The notes under the pieces are model-generated. The model saw nothing but the letters and a program-made list of their open reading frames with translations. It ran no database searches and was not told the origin of the DNA. From the NCBI GenBank assembly GCA_965223545.1, contig OZ245006.1:4992001-5056000 (forward strand): a DNA stretch of 64,000 nt, in the 5' to 3' direction. The DNA comes from Planctomycetota bacterium (GTDB lineage: Bacteria; Planctomycetota; UBA1135; UBA2386). Made by a program: the position numbers and the translations under genes. Below, piece by piece: positions 19,256-30,300 of this stretch (position 1 is its first letter; each line of letters begins with the position of its first letter).

Positions 19256-22150
19256 TCAGCGCGTCGCCGGCCAGTCCAGCACCTGGTCGTCGGCCAGTAG
19301 CTCGGTGCGCAGCGTTGCATAACCAACGTCTTGCAGCGCGATGTCGTCCGGCATTGCCAACGCGATCGCCACTGCCGCGCTGTGACCCAGCACCATGAAC
19401 ACGGGCTCCATGCGGATCGATCCGAACGCGATGTGGCTGGCCGACAGGCAGACCGGCACCGCCAAGTTGGTGCACTCCTCGCGCGCGGGCACGATGGCAC
19501 GGTAAGAGATGCCGTAGGGAGCGAAGCCACCGACCTGCACGTCGCCCTCGTTGCGCACGGTGCCGTCGGCGGTGACGTAGCGCTGCACGTGGTGCGAGTC
19601 CATCGTGTAGGCGGCGAGCCCGACCGGGTCCTCGACGCGGCGCGCGCCGCGGCAGTGGTGCTCGGTCATCACGACTTCGCCGACCATGCGTCGTGCCTCG
19701 CGCACGTAGAGCTGGTGTGGCCAGTGACCGTTGTCGACGAACTCGTCCTTGGCGAGTCCCCAGGTGTTGAAGTGGGCGCGCACCTGCGGTGGTACGCGCG
19801 GGTCGTTGGCCAGAGTCCAGAGCAAGCCCTGCTGGTAGGCGGCGTGATCGCGGACGATGCGCGCGCGGGTGGCCGCGTCGGCCTCGGGGTAGGCGTGGTT
19901 GGCGCCGATGTGATCGGTGGAAACGGCGAAGTTGTTGTTGCTGTCGGTCTTGCGGTTCGGCATCGCCACCGGGTGCCACGGGATGCGGTGGTCGCCGGCT
20001 TCGAAGTTGCGCAACAGCAGCTCGTAGCGCTTGGCGTCGTAGCCGGCGGGCTTCGGCCATGGCACGCGGTTCTCCGGCACGTCGGTGGCGCAGATGCGGA
20101 AGCAGTAGGCCTGCACGCGGTCGTCGCCGGTGCCGTCCTCGCCCGGCGGATCAGCTTGCACGCCGGGCAGGAGTCCACTGTCGGGATTGCCGGGCTCGAT
20201 CCACGGGTCGACCGCATGGGTGAACTGGTGGTGGCGGGCATGCGCGGTCTGCACGCCGTTGAGGGTCTCGTCGTAGGTGCGGTTGGCCTCGCGGCCGACG
20301 GTGTACGACACGCCCGCCGCCGCCATCAGGTCGCCTTCGTAGCTGGCATCGATGAACGCACGGCCGGTGAAACGGGTGCCGCTCCGTGTGCGGAACGCGC
20401 GCAGCCGGTCTCCCTCACGCTCGACGCCGCCGTCGCGGTCGAGTTGCTCGTCGAAGAACAGCGTGGCGTCGGTCTCGGCCAGCATCGCGCGCAGGATGCG
20501 TTCCGCGACGTGCGGTTCGAAGGTCCACGCGGCGTCCTCCTCCGGCCGGTGGCCGCGGCCGCGGAACTCCTCGCGGCGCTGCCAGGTCCACGCCGCGTCG
20601 TCGGCGTAATGCGCCCGCACGCGCCGGTAGAACTCGCGCGCGATGCCGCCGATCGCCGCCTTGTTGCCGATGTCCGTCGCGCCAAGCCCGCCGCTCGTCA
20701 GCCCGCCGACGTGCTGTCCCGGCTCGACCAGGGCGACGCGCAGGCCCCGCCGGGCCGCGGCGACGGCGGCGGCGACGCCGCCGGCAGTGGCGCCGTAGAC
20801 GACGAGATCGTGCTGGTGTTGGTCGCCGCCCGGCGCTGGCAACGCCATGGGCTGCGCGTCGCGGTCGACTTGGCCGGCGAGCAAGCCGTGGAGCTGGCGC
20901 AACAGCTGCGGCCGACTCGCGGCGAGGTCGTCGCGCTCACCGGGATCCGCGGCCAGGTCGAACAGCGCGAACGGGCCGTCGCCACGATTGCGCAGAATCT
21001 TGTGGTCACCGTGCCGCAGTGCGAGCCGGGAGCCCCACTTCCAGTACAAGGTGCGCGGCGCGGGGTCTCGATCCGCAGCGCTGAGCCATGGCCAGACGTC
21101 TTGCCCGTCCAGGGCTTCCGGTGTCTCCGTCACCCCGGCGAGCGCGGCCAACGTGGGCAGCCAGTCGACGGCGTGCATCACTTGCCGGCAAACGCCCGGC
21201 TGCAGAGTGCCGCGCCAGTGCGCGAACGCCGGTACGCGCATGCCCCCCTCGAACACCTCGGTCTTCCAGCCGCGTAGTGGTCGGTTGCTACTGACGACTT
21301 CCAGCGCGGAATCCGGTGGCGGATAGGCGTTGCCGCGATGCCGGCGCAGGCCGCCGTTATCGCTGGTGAAGACGATCAGCGTCTGCTCGCGCAGATCGTG
21401 CTCGTCGAGCGCGGCGACGACTCTGCCGACCGCGGCATCCAGGTGCGACGCCGCGGCCGCCAGCAACCGGCGATCCGGGTGCTCGATGTGGGCATTGGCC
21501 CGGACCCAACGCTGCGGCTCGACCAGTGGCGTGTGCACCGCGTGGTAGGGGAGATAGACGAAGAACGGCTGGTCCTTGTGCGCCTCGATCCACTGCACGG
21601 CTTCGTCGGTGCACAGGTCGGTGACGTGCCCGGTCTGCTCGAGCCACTCACCGTTGCGGTGCCAAGTTCGTGCGAACGGGGTGTCGAGTCGGTAGCGGTG
21701 GTCGTACATCCCGACTGCCCCCGCCAGCGAACCATGCGCGTGCTCGAAGCCGTAGTGGTTGGGACCCCACTCGGGCTTCGACCCCAAGTGCCACTTGCCG
21801 GACAAGAACGTCGCATAGCCGCGCGCGCGCAGCAGCGACGCCAGCGTCTCCGTGCCGGCGGGCAGCGCCCGTTCGTTGGACGCCGTGGTGCAGTGATCGC
21901 CGAACCTGCTCGGATACCGCCCGGTCAGCAGAGCGACCCGCGTCGGCGTGCACTGCGGCTGCACGTAGTGCGCATCCAGCTCGACCCCTTCCGCGACCAG
22001 CGCATCCAGCGTCGGCGTCCGCATCTCCTCCGCATGCCACCCGACATCCGCCCACCCCAGATCATCCGCCACCACCACCACGATGTTGGGCGGCCTCTCC
22101 TGCACGACCGGCGCCAGCAACGCCAGCGCCACAATCGAAAAGCCAAGCAC
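19256..22150 (-). CDS. Fusion: formylglycine-type sulfatase + FAD-dependent oxidoreductase
   Basis: PNIVVVVADDLGWAD, CTPTR, GKWHLG, SDNGG; then VVYGATAGG, GGLTSGGL, IDASYEGDL, LYVREARRM, GSIRMEPV. Start likely GTG 22150, because the longer ORF start runs through a repeat. Confidence 0.88.
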   Translation of the reverse strand: MLGFSIVALALLAPVVQERPPNIVVVVADDLGWADVGWHAEEMRTPTLDALVAEGVELDAHYVQPQCTPTRVALLTGRYPSRFGDHCTTASNERALPAGTETLASLLRARGYATFLSGKWHLGSKPEWGPNHYGFEHAHGSLAGAVGMYDHRYRLDTPFARTWHRNGEWLEQTGHVTDLCTDEAVQWIEAHKDQPFFVYLPYHAVHTPLVEPQRWVRANAHIEHPDRRLLAAAASHLDAAVGRVVAALDEHDLREQTLIVFTSDNGGLRRHRGNAYPPPDSALEVVSSNRPLRGWKTEVFEGGMRVPAFAHWRGTLQPGVCRQVMHAVDWLPTLAALAGVTETPEALDGQDVWPWLSAADRDPAPRTLYWKWGSRLALRHGDHKILRNRGDGPFALFDLAADPGERDDLAASRPQLLRQLHGLLAGQVDRDAQPMALPAPGGDQHQHDLVVYGATAGGVAAAVAAARRGLRVALVEPGQHVGGLTSGGLGATDIGNKAAIGGIAREFYRRVRAHYADDAAWTWQRREEFRGRGHRPEEDAAWTFEPHVAERILRAMLAETDATLFFDEQLDRDGGVEREGDRLRAFRTRSGTRFTGRAFIDASYEGDLMAAAGVSYTVGREANRTYDETLNGVQTAHARHHQFTHAVDPWIEPGNPDSGLLPGVQADPPGEDGTGDDRVQAYCFRICATDVPENRVPWPKPAGYDAKRYELLLRNFEAGDHRIPWHPVAMPNRKTDSNNNFAVSTDHIGANHAYPEADAATRARIVRDHAAYQQGLLWTLANDPRVPPQVRAHFNTWGLAKDEFVDNGHWPHQLYVREARRMVGEVVMTEHHCRGARRVEDPVGLAAYTMDSHHVQRYVTADGTVRNEGDVQVGGFAPYGISYRAIVPAREECTNLAVPVCLSASHIAFGSIRMEPVFMVLGHSAAVAIALAMPDDIALQDVGYATLRTELLADDQVLDWPATR

Positions 22151-22157
22151 CCACCGA

Positions 22158-22189
22158 AAGTACGGAGTCCGGCTCGATTTTCTCGCTTC
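22158..22189 (+). repeat. REP-like palindromic repeat, type A
   Basis: AAGTACGGAGTCCGGCTCGATTTTCTCGC; identical inverted copy at 34872-34900 and a 3-mismatch inverted copy at 23547-23576. Confidence 0.88.
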
Positions 22190-22264
22190 CCCTCCCGCCA
22201 TCCCCTCCGCCGCGATCGTCGCGGGCCTGCACGCACCTCGGGACGGCGTCGCTGGAACCGCCGT

Positions 22265-23484
22265 CTAGCGGAACTCGTAGGTTCCCGTGTTGCCCAGCGA
22301 GATCACCCCATTGGGATCGATCAAGACCGGCTGGGAGTGAAAGCGACCACCTGCTGCCAGCGGCGGAAGGGTCGCTTGGAAGGATGCGAGGCCGAACTCC
22401 GGTTGGATCGCGGTGAGTGGAAACGGTGTCAGCCACGGCTGTGCCAGTCCGATCGCGCCATTCAGCGACATCAAGGAGGTCGGTCCCGAGGCGAGCGGGC
22501 CGTAGACCATCCCCCCTGCCCAGATGGCTCCCTCGTCGTAGCACCCTCCCCAACAGCAGGTCTGCAGCTGCGCCGCTGTGCCAGCGGCGAGAATCTGCGA
22601 GTTGGTCGCGACGATGTCTACGCGAAGCAAGCCGCCGTACCCAGTGGGTCCGGACTCGGCCCACAGTGTGGTTCCACCGTTGCTCCCCGGATTCGCCAAC
22701 CACGTGCCGCGGTCGAGAAACACCTTCGGCGGTTCCTGGTCGTCGATCCCGGAGACGTAGGCGGCGGTCGATCCCCCTGCGTTTCCGATGCCACACAGGA
22801 AGGCAGAGCCATCGCCCGACGGTGTCGTCAGCGGCTCAGGCGAATGCAGGAATCCGGACGCTGGCGCTGAGATCACGGTCCGGGGATTCGATAGCGCGAT
22901 CGTCCCAGGAGAGAAGAACGCGGTCCGGTCCAGGTCCCAGGTCTGGATGTCGCCGGCATTTCCGATGCCGGCATACTGCTCGACGCCCGCGCGACGCCAA
23001 AGCTTCGAGTCGGCGTAGCCGGTCGGGCCACCGAGCAGCGGCGTCGGTGGTGGGAACGGCACCGAAATCGAGGCGCGCACCGAGAACAGCGGCCCCGAAG
23101 GAGAATCGTACGCCGCGACCAGGCGGTCATCGGAGATCGACAGCGAGAAATCATCGCCCGTGGTCACGAGTGCCGCGGCATCGCCGTTTTCGGTGAAGAC
23201 CGGTGGGGTCGGACGAAGGTCGAGGATGCCGGTCATCGGGTCCCAGCCCGTGGTCGACGACGTTCGCATCACGGTCAGCGATGCGTACAGCAAGCGCGAA
23301 TGCGCGTCAGCTCGATCTGGGCGATGGAAGCGACCGTGGGGCCGAAGACCGAGGCGGGAACTGTCGAAGTCCTCAGAACCGTCGGTGCTTCGCCCGTGTA
23401 CTGGGCCGCGAGAAGGGGAGTTGCGAGGATGCATGCCGACGCGGTGAGCGCCAGTCGCAACGGGGGGTTGGCTGGTGGAGTCAT
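22265..23484 (-). pseudogene. Secreted hypothetical protein with an apparent frameshift near 23295
   Basis: Signal-peptide ORF from ATG 23484 (MTPPANPPLRLALTASACILATPLLAAQY...) stops at 23275; the body (LLYASLTVMR...TYEFR) continues in another frame to 22265. Confidence 0.6.
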
Positions 23485-23546
23485 GCCAAGCAGAACCCCG
23501 TTTCGTGGCCGCTGCGGCAGCATTTTTCCTGCTCTCGCGGCGGCGC

Positions 23547-23576
23547 GAAGCGAGAAAACCGAGTCTGACTCCGTAC
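23547..23576 (-). repeat. REP-like palindromic repeat, type A variant
   Basis: Reverse complement GTACGGAGTCAGACTCGGTTTTCTCGCTTC, starting 2 nt after the methyltransferase stop. Confidence 0.85.
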
Positions 23577-23578
23577 CT

Positions 23579-24301
23579 TCAGTCCGTGTTGAGGATGAAG
23601 GCGGCGGCGGGGGGCACCTTGCACAGCTCGGTGGCGACCAGGTGTGGGTTGCGCTGCAGCCAAGCTTCGAACGCGCCGCGCTCGCCACGCTTGGGGTGAC
23701 CCTTGTAGTAGAAGTAGTCGTCGAAGTAGAGCGCGGTGCCGTCGACGACGAGTGGGGTGATGAAGTCGAGGACGGCGACGGTCGATGCGTGGAGGTCGCA
23801 GTCGATGTTGATGACCGCGGCGCGTTGGAGCGCGTGTGCGCTGCGCGTGGCTGGGGTCAGCGAGTCTTCGTAGAACCCCGGCACGGTGACCACGTCGTCC
23901 AGGTCGACCCGCGCCGCGCGCAGGTTGCGCCGGAATCGGGCTTCGTCGCACGCCATCACGCCTTGGCCGCGCCAGTGCAGTGGGGCGTGCGCTTCGTCGT
24001 GGTCGGGCAGGCCGGCGAACGAATCGAACGCGATGAAGCGCTTCTCCGCAGCGAGGAACTCCGCGCAGTCGTCTGCGCGCGCCGCCCGGTAGCGACCGAA
24101 CTCCTGGCGGTGGTACTGATAGGCGTGCGCGAACGAAGCCCCTTCGAACACGCCAAACTCGAGGTAGTCGCCGACGATGTTGTTGGCGACGCTGAAGGCC
24201 AAGCAGGCCTCGAGCGCGCGCAGCTTGTGGCCGGGTGGAAGAACCGCGGGGCGGCCACCGCGCCAGGCGCGGACCAGTCGTTTCTTGAGGGCGAGGCCCA
24301 T
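23579..24301 (-). CDS. TylF/MycF/NovP-like O-methyltransferase
   Basis: GDYLEFGVFEG, FDSFAGLP, PGFYEDSL, INIDCDL, FDDY, GERGAF. Confidence 0.88.
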   Translation of the reverse strand: MGLALKKRLVRAWRGGRPAVLPPGHKLRALEACLAFSVANNIVGDYLEFGVFEGASFAHAYQYHRQEFGRYRAARADDCAEFLAAEKRFIAFDSFAGLPDHDEAHAPLHWRGQGVMACDEARFRRNLRAARVDLDDVVTVPGFYEDSLTPATRSAHALQRAAVINIDCDLHASTVAVLDFITPLVVDGTALYFDDYFYYKGHPKRGERGAFEAWLQRNPHLVATELCKVPPAAAFILNTD

Positions 24302-24379
24302 TGAGCTCCAAAAAGGGGGGGGTACCGTTGCATCGGCGCGCGGCCGCGCTCGCTTGAGCCGGGCGCCCCCCGGCCGGCC

Positions 24380-27300
24380 TCACCAGCCGGCGCCGAGCCC
24401 GCTCGCGTCGCTGAACAGCGCAGGCGGCACCGCCGGTGCGCACATGCCCGCGTCGTCGGAGGTCACCGGGTCAGCCGGCAGGACCGTCCCGCCGTTGGCC
24501 AGCGGTGTGCACGAGGTCAGCAGGTTGGTGCCGTCGACGCCCGCGGTGCTCCACGCCGTTGCCAGCACCAGCGTGTCGGCTCCGAGCAGCGCGACCTGAC
24601 CGCCGAACGAGCGGATCTCGTTGATCCCGCCCTGCGCGTTGCCGGCCATGCTCACATCGACGACCGGCATCTGGCGCGCCTGCGGACCCGGAACCGGCGT
24701 GCTGTTGATCGCGCCGCTGGCAAACAGGTTGATGTCGAGTGCGGCCCACAACCGGTTGACCGCGCTCGCATTGTCGTGGTTGACGTTGTCGAACGCGCGG
24801 TCGGCCGCCACGATACGGCCGCCGAGCGAGCGGATGTCGATCTGGCCGCCACCGTGGTTGCCGAGCATCTTCACGGCGATCGTGCCGGGGTTGGGGAATG
24901 CGAAGTGCTGGATCGTGTTGCCCAGCACGACGATGTCTCCCTGCGCCTGCATTTCGATGCGGCCCGGATCGGCGATGTTGTCGCGGTCGGTGCGCACCAC
25001 GACGCCCGTTGTGCTGATCCGCCGCCCCTGCACGGCGACTTGCTTGAGCGTCGTGCCGGTGACCGTGATCTTGCCATCGAACGAGGCGACGCGAATCGCC
25101 GGGGCCGGCGCCGCGCGGTAGATGGCTTCGACCAACCCGTTGATCGAGATGTCACCCCCGCGCCCAGCGGCCGCGTCACCGCCGGTCAACACATGGACGT
25201 CACCGCCGGCATCCGAGCGCACCAGGCCAGTGACGGCCAGCTTGACGTCGCCGCAACGCGAGGCGATCAAGATGCGGCCCGAGCGGCCGTTGGCGGTCTG
25301 CGCGCGGTTCACGACGACGCCCCGAAGGTCGATCTCGCCATCGGCGATGATCTCGAGATCACCCGCCTGTGCGTTGTGCGCGTGCACGTCGATCGCCGCA
25401 TCGTCATCCAGGAACACGGTGCAGCTGGTCTGCACGCGAACCCCCGGCGCCGGCCGTTGCTTGCCGCGGGTCGCCACGGTGCCGGTCGTGATCGTCGCGC
25501 CGTCGATGACCTCGAGACGCTTGGTGCCGGTGTCGACGATCAGGCGCCAGGTATCCGGCGTCGGACCGCTGGTGTCGAACGACACGTACGGCGCGAGTGC
25601 GGGGTCGCCCTGCCAAGTCGGCGGCGAAGTGTTGAAGTCGGCGACCAAGTCTTGATCGATGCGGACGACGTCACCGTCGCAGTCAGGGCACGTGCCGAGC
25701 ACCGTCAGCACGCCGGGATTGCTGGCGACGGTGCCGGCGGCATTGCTCACCTTGGCGGTGTAGCGCCCGGCATCACCGTTGTTCACCGACGCCAAGAAGA
25801 GCGTGCTCTGCGTCTCGCCGGTCAGCGGGATCCCGTCCTTGCACCACTGGTAGCTCAGGTTGCTGCCGCTCGCCACGACCGAGAGCGTCACGTCGGCTCC
25901 AGCCGCCACGGTCTGGTCCTGCGGATGACTCAGGATCTGCGGCAATGCGGGCACCGCGGTCACCGTCACCGCGGCCATCACGGTCTCGCCAGTCGGGCTG
26001 GTGACCGCTAGCACGTAGAGCGTGTTCGCGTCAGGCGGAGGCGTCACCGTGACCGGCACTTCGCTGGTCACCGGGATCGGGCCGGGCGTGATCACGCCTT
26101 GGCCCCCGGAGAACCGCGCCGTCAGCACGGAAGTCTCGCCATTGATGACGAGCGTCGGCGAGGCCACAAAGCTCTCGATGTTCGGCGGGGGCACTGCCTG
26201 GACCGAGACGACGGCCTGGACCGAAGCGCCGGCGGGGTTGGTGACCACCAACGTGTAGGTAGTGGTGGCATCGTCGGGCGGCGTCACCGAGAGCGAGACT
26301 CCGCTCGAGACAGCTTGGCTGGTGACGCCATCGCTCAGCTGCCCGGTGCCGTTGGCGAAGACGAACGCCAGGTCCACCGCGGTCCCATTGGTGACGATGC
26401 TCGCCGAGCTCGTGAAGCTGGTGATCACCGGCAGGGGATACGAGGTCACCGCGGCCGTTGCCGTCACCGCGACACCGGCGCCATTCGTGACGGTCAGGGT
26501 GTAGGCGGTGGTCGCTCCGGGTGTCGGAGTGACGGTCACCGCTTGGCCCGACGTCACGGCACCGACGCCCTGGTCGATCACGCCCGTGCCGCCGCTGAAC
26601 ACCGGGACCAGCGTCACGGTGTCGCCGTCGGAGACGATGGATGGCGTCGCGTCGAACGAGAGGATCACCGGCGGTGGTTCGTCCACGGTGATGTATCCGG
26701 CGCGTGTCGCGGTATCGGTGCCGCCCGGGCCGGACACGGTCAGCGAAACCGAGTAGGTCCCCGGCGTCGTGTAGACGTGCTGCGGGGAGCTGGCGGACGA
26801 GGCGCTGCCGTCGCCGAAGCTCCACGACCAAGCGGTGATCGCGCCGCTCGACTGGTCAGTGAACGACACCGCGAGCGGAGCCGGGCCAGATGTCGGAGTG
26901 GCCGAGAACGCCGCCACCGGCGCCGGGTCGACGATGGTGATGTAGCCGTTCTTGGTCTCGGTGCTCGCGCCGCACGCGCCGGTCGCGGTCAACGAGACGT
27001 CGTACGGGCCGGGTGCCGCGTAAGTGTGCACCGGGTGTTGCGCCGTCGACGTGGTGCCGTCGCCGAAGCTCCACAGCCAGCTGTCCACCGTGCCGGTCGA
27101 CAGGTCGGTGAACGACACCATGAGTGGGGCGCTACCGCCGACGAGGTCGCTGGTGAATGCTGCCTGCGGAATGGCCTGCACGGTCAACACCGCCGGCTGG
27201 CTCTGCACGCTGCCACCCGGGTTGGTCACCAGCACGTCGTAGCTGCCGGCGTCCGTCGTACTCACCGGGCTCAAGCTCAAGCTCGGCGTGGTTGCGCCGG

Positions 27301-30300
27301 CGATGTCCGTTCCGTCCTTGCGCCACTGGTAGCCGATCGGCACGGCGCCGCTCGCGGCGACCGAGAACGTCGCCACCGCGCCTTCGCAGACCGTGAGGTC
27401 CTGTGGTTGCGAGGTGATCGTCGGCGGATCCGGCAGCACCTCGACGTGAGGAGTCGGTTCGCCGCAGCCGGTCTCGATGTTCAGCCGCAAGACTTGGCCG
27501 CTGACCAGAGAGATCATGTCGAACGTCGCTTGGCCGCTGGTGCCGGGGTCGAGGTCGCCCAAGTCGACTGCCGCGGCCGTGATCTGGCCGCTGGACCCGT
27601 ACGAGAGCGTGGCTTCGGACTGTGTCGGGGCCAGCGCGCATTCGACCAAGTTGTCGGAGTACACGTTGACCCGGACCAGGTTGGCGACCGTTGCGCCTTG
27701 GTTGGTCACCGTCACGCCGAACGGGAAGCTGCCACCGGCGGTCACCGAGGTCGGGGTCTGGAAGTCACAGGCGAGCAGCGGAAGGGTGACGACGAACGCG
27801 TCACTGACCGCGGCCGTGGCGATCGACGACAACAGCGTGCCGAAGCCGTAGAGGTCACCGTTGGTCGTCGCCGACACGGCGTAGGTGCCGGGCTCGTCAC
27901 CGCGGACCACCCACGATGCCTGGTCCACGTCGCCGGCGTCGAGGTCGGCGAGGGTTCGAGTCAGACTCTGCGGAACCCCGTCGAGATCGGGCAGACCGAG
28001 GCCACCGGGCAGCGCGTCGAGCGCGACCGTGACGTTGCGCAGCTGGACATCGGTCGGGTCCTCGGCGTCCGAGCGATTGACCACCACCATGGTGACGTCG
28101 TAGAAGCTCTTCAGCGTCCAGATGTCGCCCGCGATGATCATCCACGTCTCCGTGCGGCGGCCGCCGCCATGGAAGTCGAGGATGCCGAGCAGCATCTTGT
28201 CACCGCCTCCCCCGGGTGGCTGCTGCACTTCTCGAGAGATGGTGATTCGGGTTGGCGTGGTGTAGTTGGTGCGCGGTACCTCGACGTTCGTCGCGATGAT
28301 CGGATCGCCGATCTCCATCGCCACGACGAAGTCGACGATGTGGTTGTTGATGGGGTCGTTGATGTTGACCCCACGCGCCTGAACCTCCGCCGAACTCAGC
28401 GGCTGCGGCGTCACGGCCGCGACCTCGAGCGTCGCGCCGGCGGTCAGCGGGATCTCGACCGTGCTGGCACCGTCCGGCACCAAGAACGTGCGAGAAACCG
28501 CGAGGTAGCCTTGCTTGTAGGCGGCGACACCGCGCGCGCCCGGAGGCAGGTTCACCGTGACTTCGCCGGTTCCGTCCGTGGAGACCACGCCCGGAAGGTC
28601 CTGGAACGAGACCAGGCCACCACCGATGACGGCGCTCGTACCGGCGTCGACCAGGCGAACCGTCAGCGAGGCTGCCGGCTGGTCGAACAGCTTGACGTCC
28701 AGGGAGCCGCTGAAGATCCCGGTCGCGGTCGCGACATCGACCGAGATCGGGTGGACGTCGGGCTGACCGCCGAGCGGCGGCGCCGGCGTGCCGGGGGGCA
28801 CACTCAGATCGGCGAGCACTGCGACGGACTCGCCGGGCGCCAGCGTGACGCCGGACAGATCGGTGACCAGGCTCAACCAGCTGCTGTTGGTCGTGGCTTG
28901 CGTGATGGCGGTCGCCCCGGCGCCGGTGTTCTGCACCGTCAGGGTGACCGAAGCGTTGTCGCCCGGGTACGACAGGCGCTCACCGCCACTGATGCCCAGT
29001 TGCTCTGGTGGTGCGTCCACCGCGACCAGGAGCGCGGCGCGGTTGTCGCCCGGCGTTGCTTCTGGCGGGGTCTGGTTGACGACGACCGCGAACAGGTTGT
29101 GCAGGCCGGGCGCGCCCGGCGTCCACGGCAGGCCGTAGGTCGCGGTGTCACCGACACCGATCACACCACCGGTTTGGCCGAGCAGCACGCCGCCGAGGTC
29201 GGGGTCGCCGCGGTAGAGCTGTACCGCGGCGGTTGCGTTGATCTGGCCCCCGTTCTTGACCGCGATCGAGACCTGAGTGGCGATTCCAGAGCTCGGGCTC
29301 GCGGGAGTGACCGAGATCGCGTCGGCGGGCAACGCCAAGTCCGAGTGGAACGGGATCACCGCCAGGACGTGCGGCAGCGATGCCAGGCTGGTGCTGTCGA
29401 ACGCCAAGTCGACCGTCTGCGGGGTGTCGAATACCAGGTCGCCGAAGGTCGCCACTCCGTTGTTGGGCACCTGGCTGGTGGTGCCACCGAGCGTGCCGAG
29501 CACGTTTGCCGCGGCGAGGGTGACCGGATCGACGGCCTGAGTGACGACGTTGTCGTAGACGTCGACCACCTGAACCTGGATGGCCGGGACGATGGCGTCC
29601 TCGCTGGCCACCGCCGGTGGCGGCGTGGCGAACTGGAGCGTTGCGGCGGCTGCCGCTTCGACGGTGATCGGCGCGGAGCTGGCCGGCAGCAGTCCGCTCG
29701 CACTGGATGCGTCGAGCGCGATGACCTCTGCCTTCGTGTACGAGATGTCGGAGAAACTCGCGACACCGTTGTTCGCGATCGCGGTCAGGGTGCCCCACAG
29801 CGTGTCCGTGCCGCTGGCCAGACTCAGGGTGATCGTCTCACTGGGGGCTGTCGACGCGAGGTTGCCGAGCTGGTCGCGGATCTCGACCGAGAAGCTGTCG
29901 AACACGACGCCGGCCGTTTGCGTCGGCGAAGGATCGACGAACACCAGCTGCGTGGGCGCCGCGGCCTCGACCGTCACGGGTGCGGTGACGACGTTGGTGC
30001 CGCCGAGTCCCGCGGCGGCGCACGCCACCGTCACCGATTCCGCGGTGTCATAGGTCAGTGAATCGAAGGTTGCGATGCCGCCGACCGCGTTGATCTGCTG
30101 GTCGCCGTTGAGTGTGCCCGTGCCGCCGTTGATCGAGACCGCGACCAGGTCCGTGTAGCTCGTGACCAAGTTGCCGTAGGTGTCCTCGATCCGCAGCGAG
30201 AACGCCGGCCAGACTCCGCCAGCCGTCACCGGCGAAGCCGGCGGTGTGTCGAAGAGGAGGTCCTGCGGGGCGGCCGCCTCGACAGTGACGAGATTGTCGA

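Noticed and set aside
22151..22201. Repeat-derived peptide at the sulfatase N-terminus
   Set aside because: More simply explained by an over-extended ORF call; GTG 22150 gives a normal hydrophobic leader.
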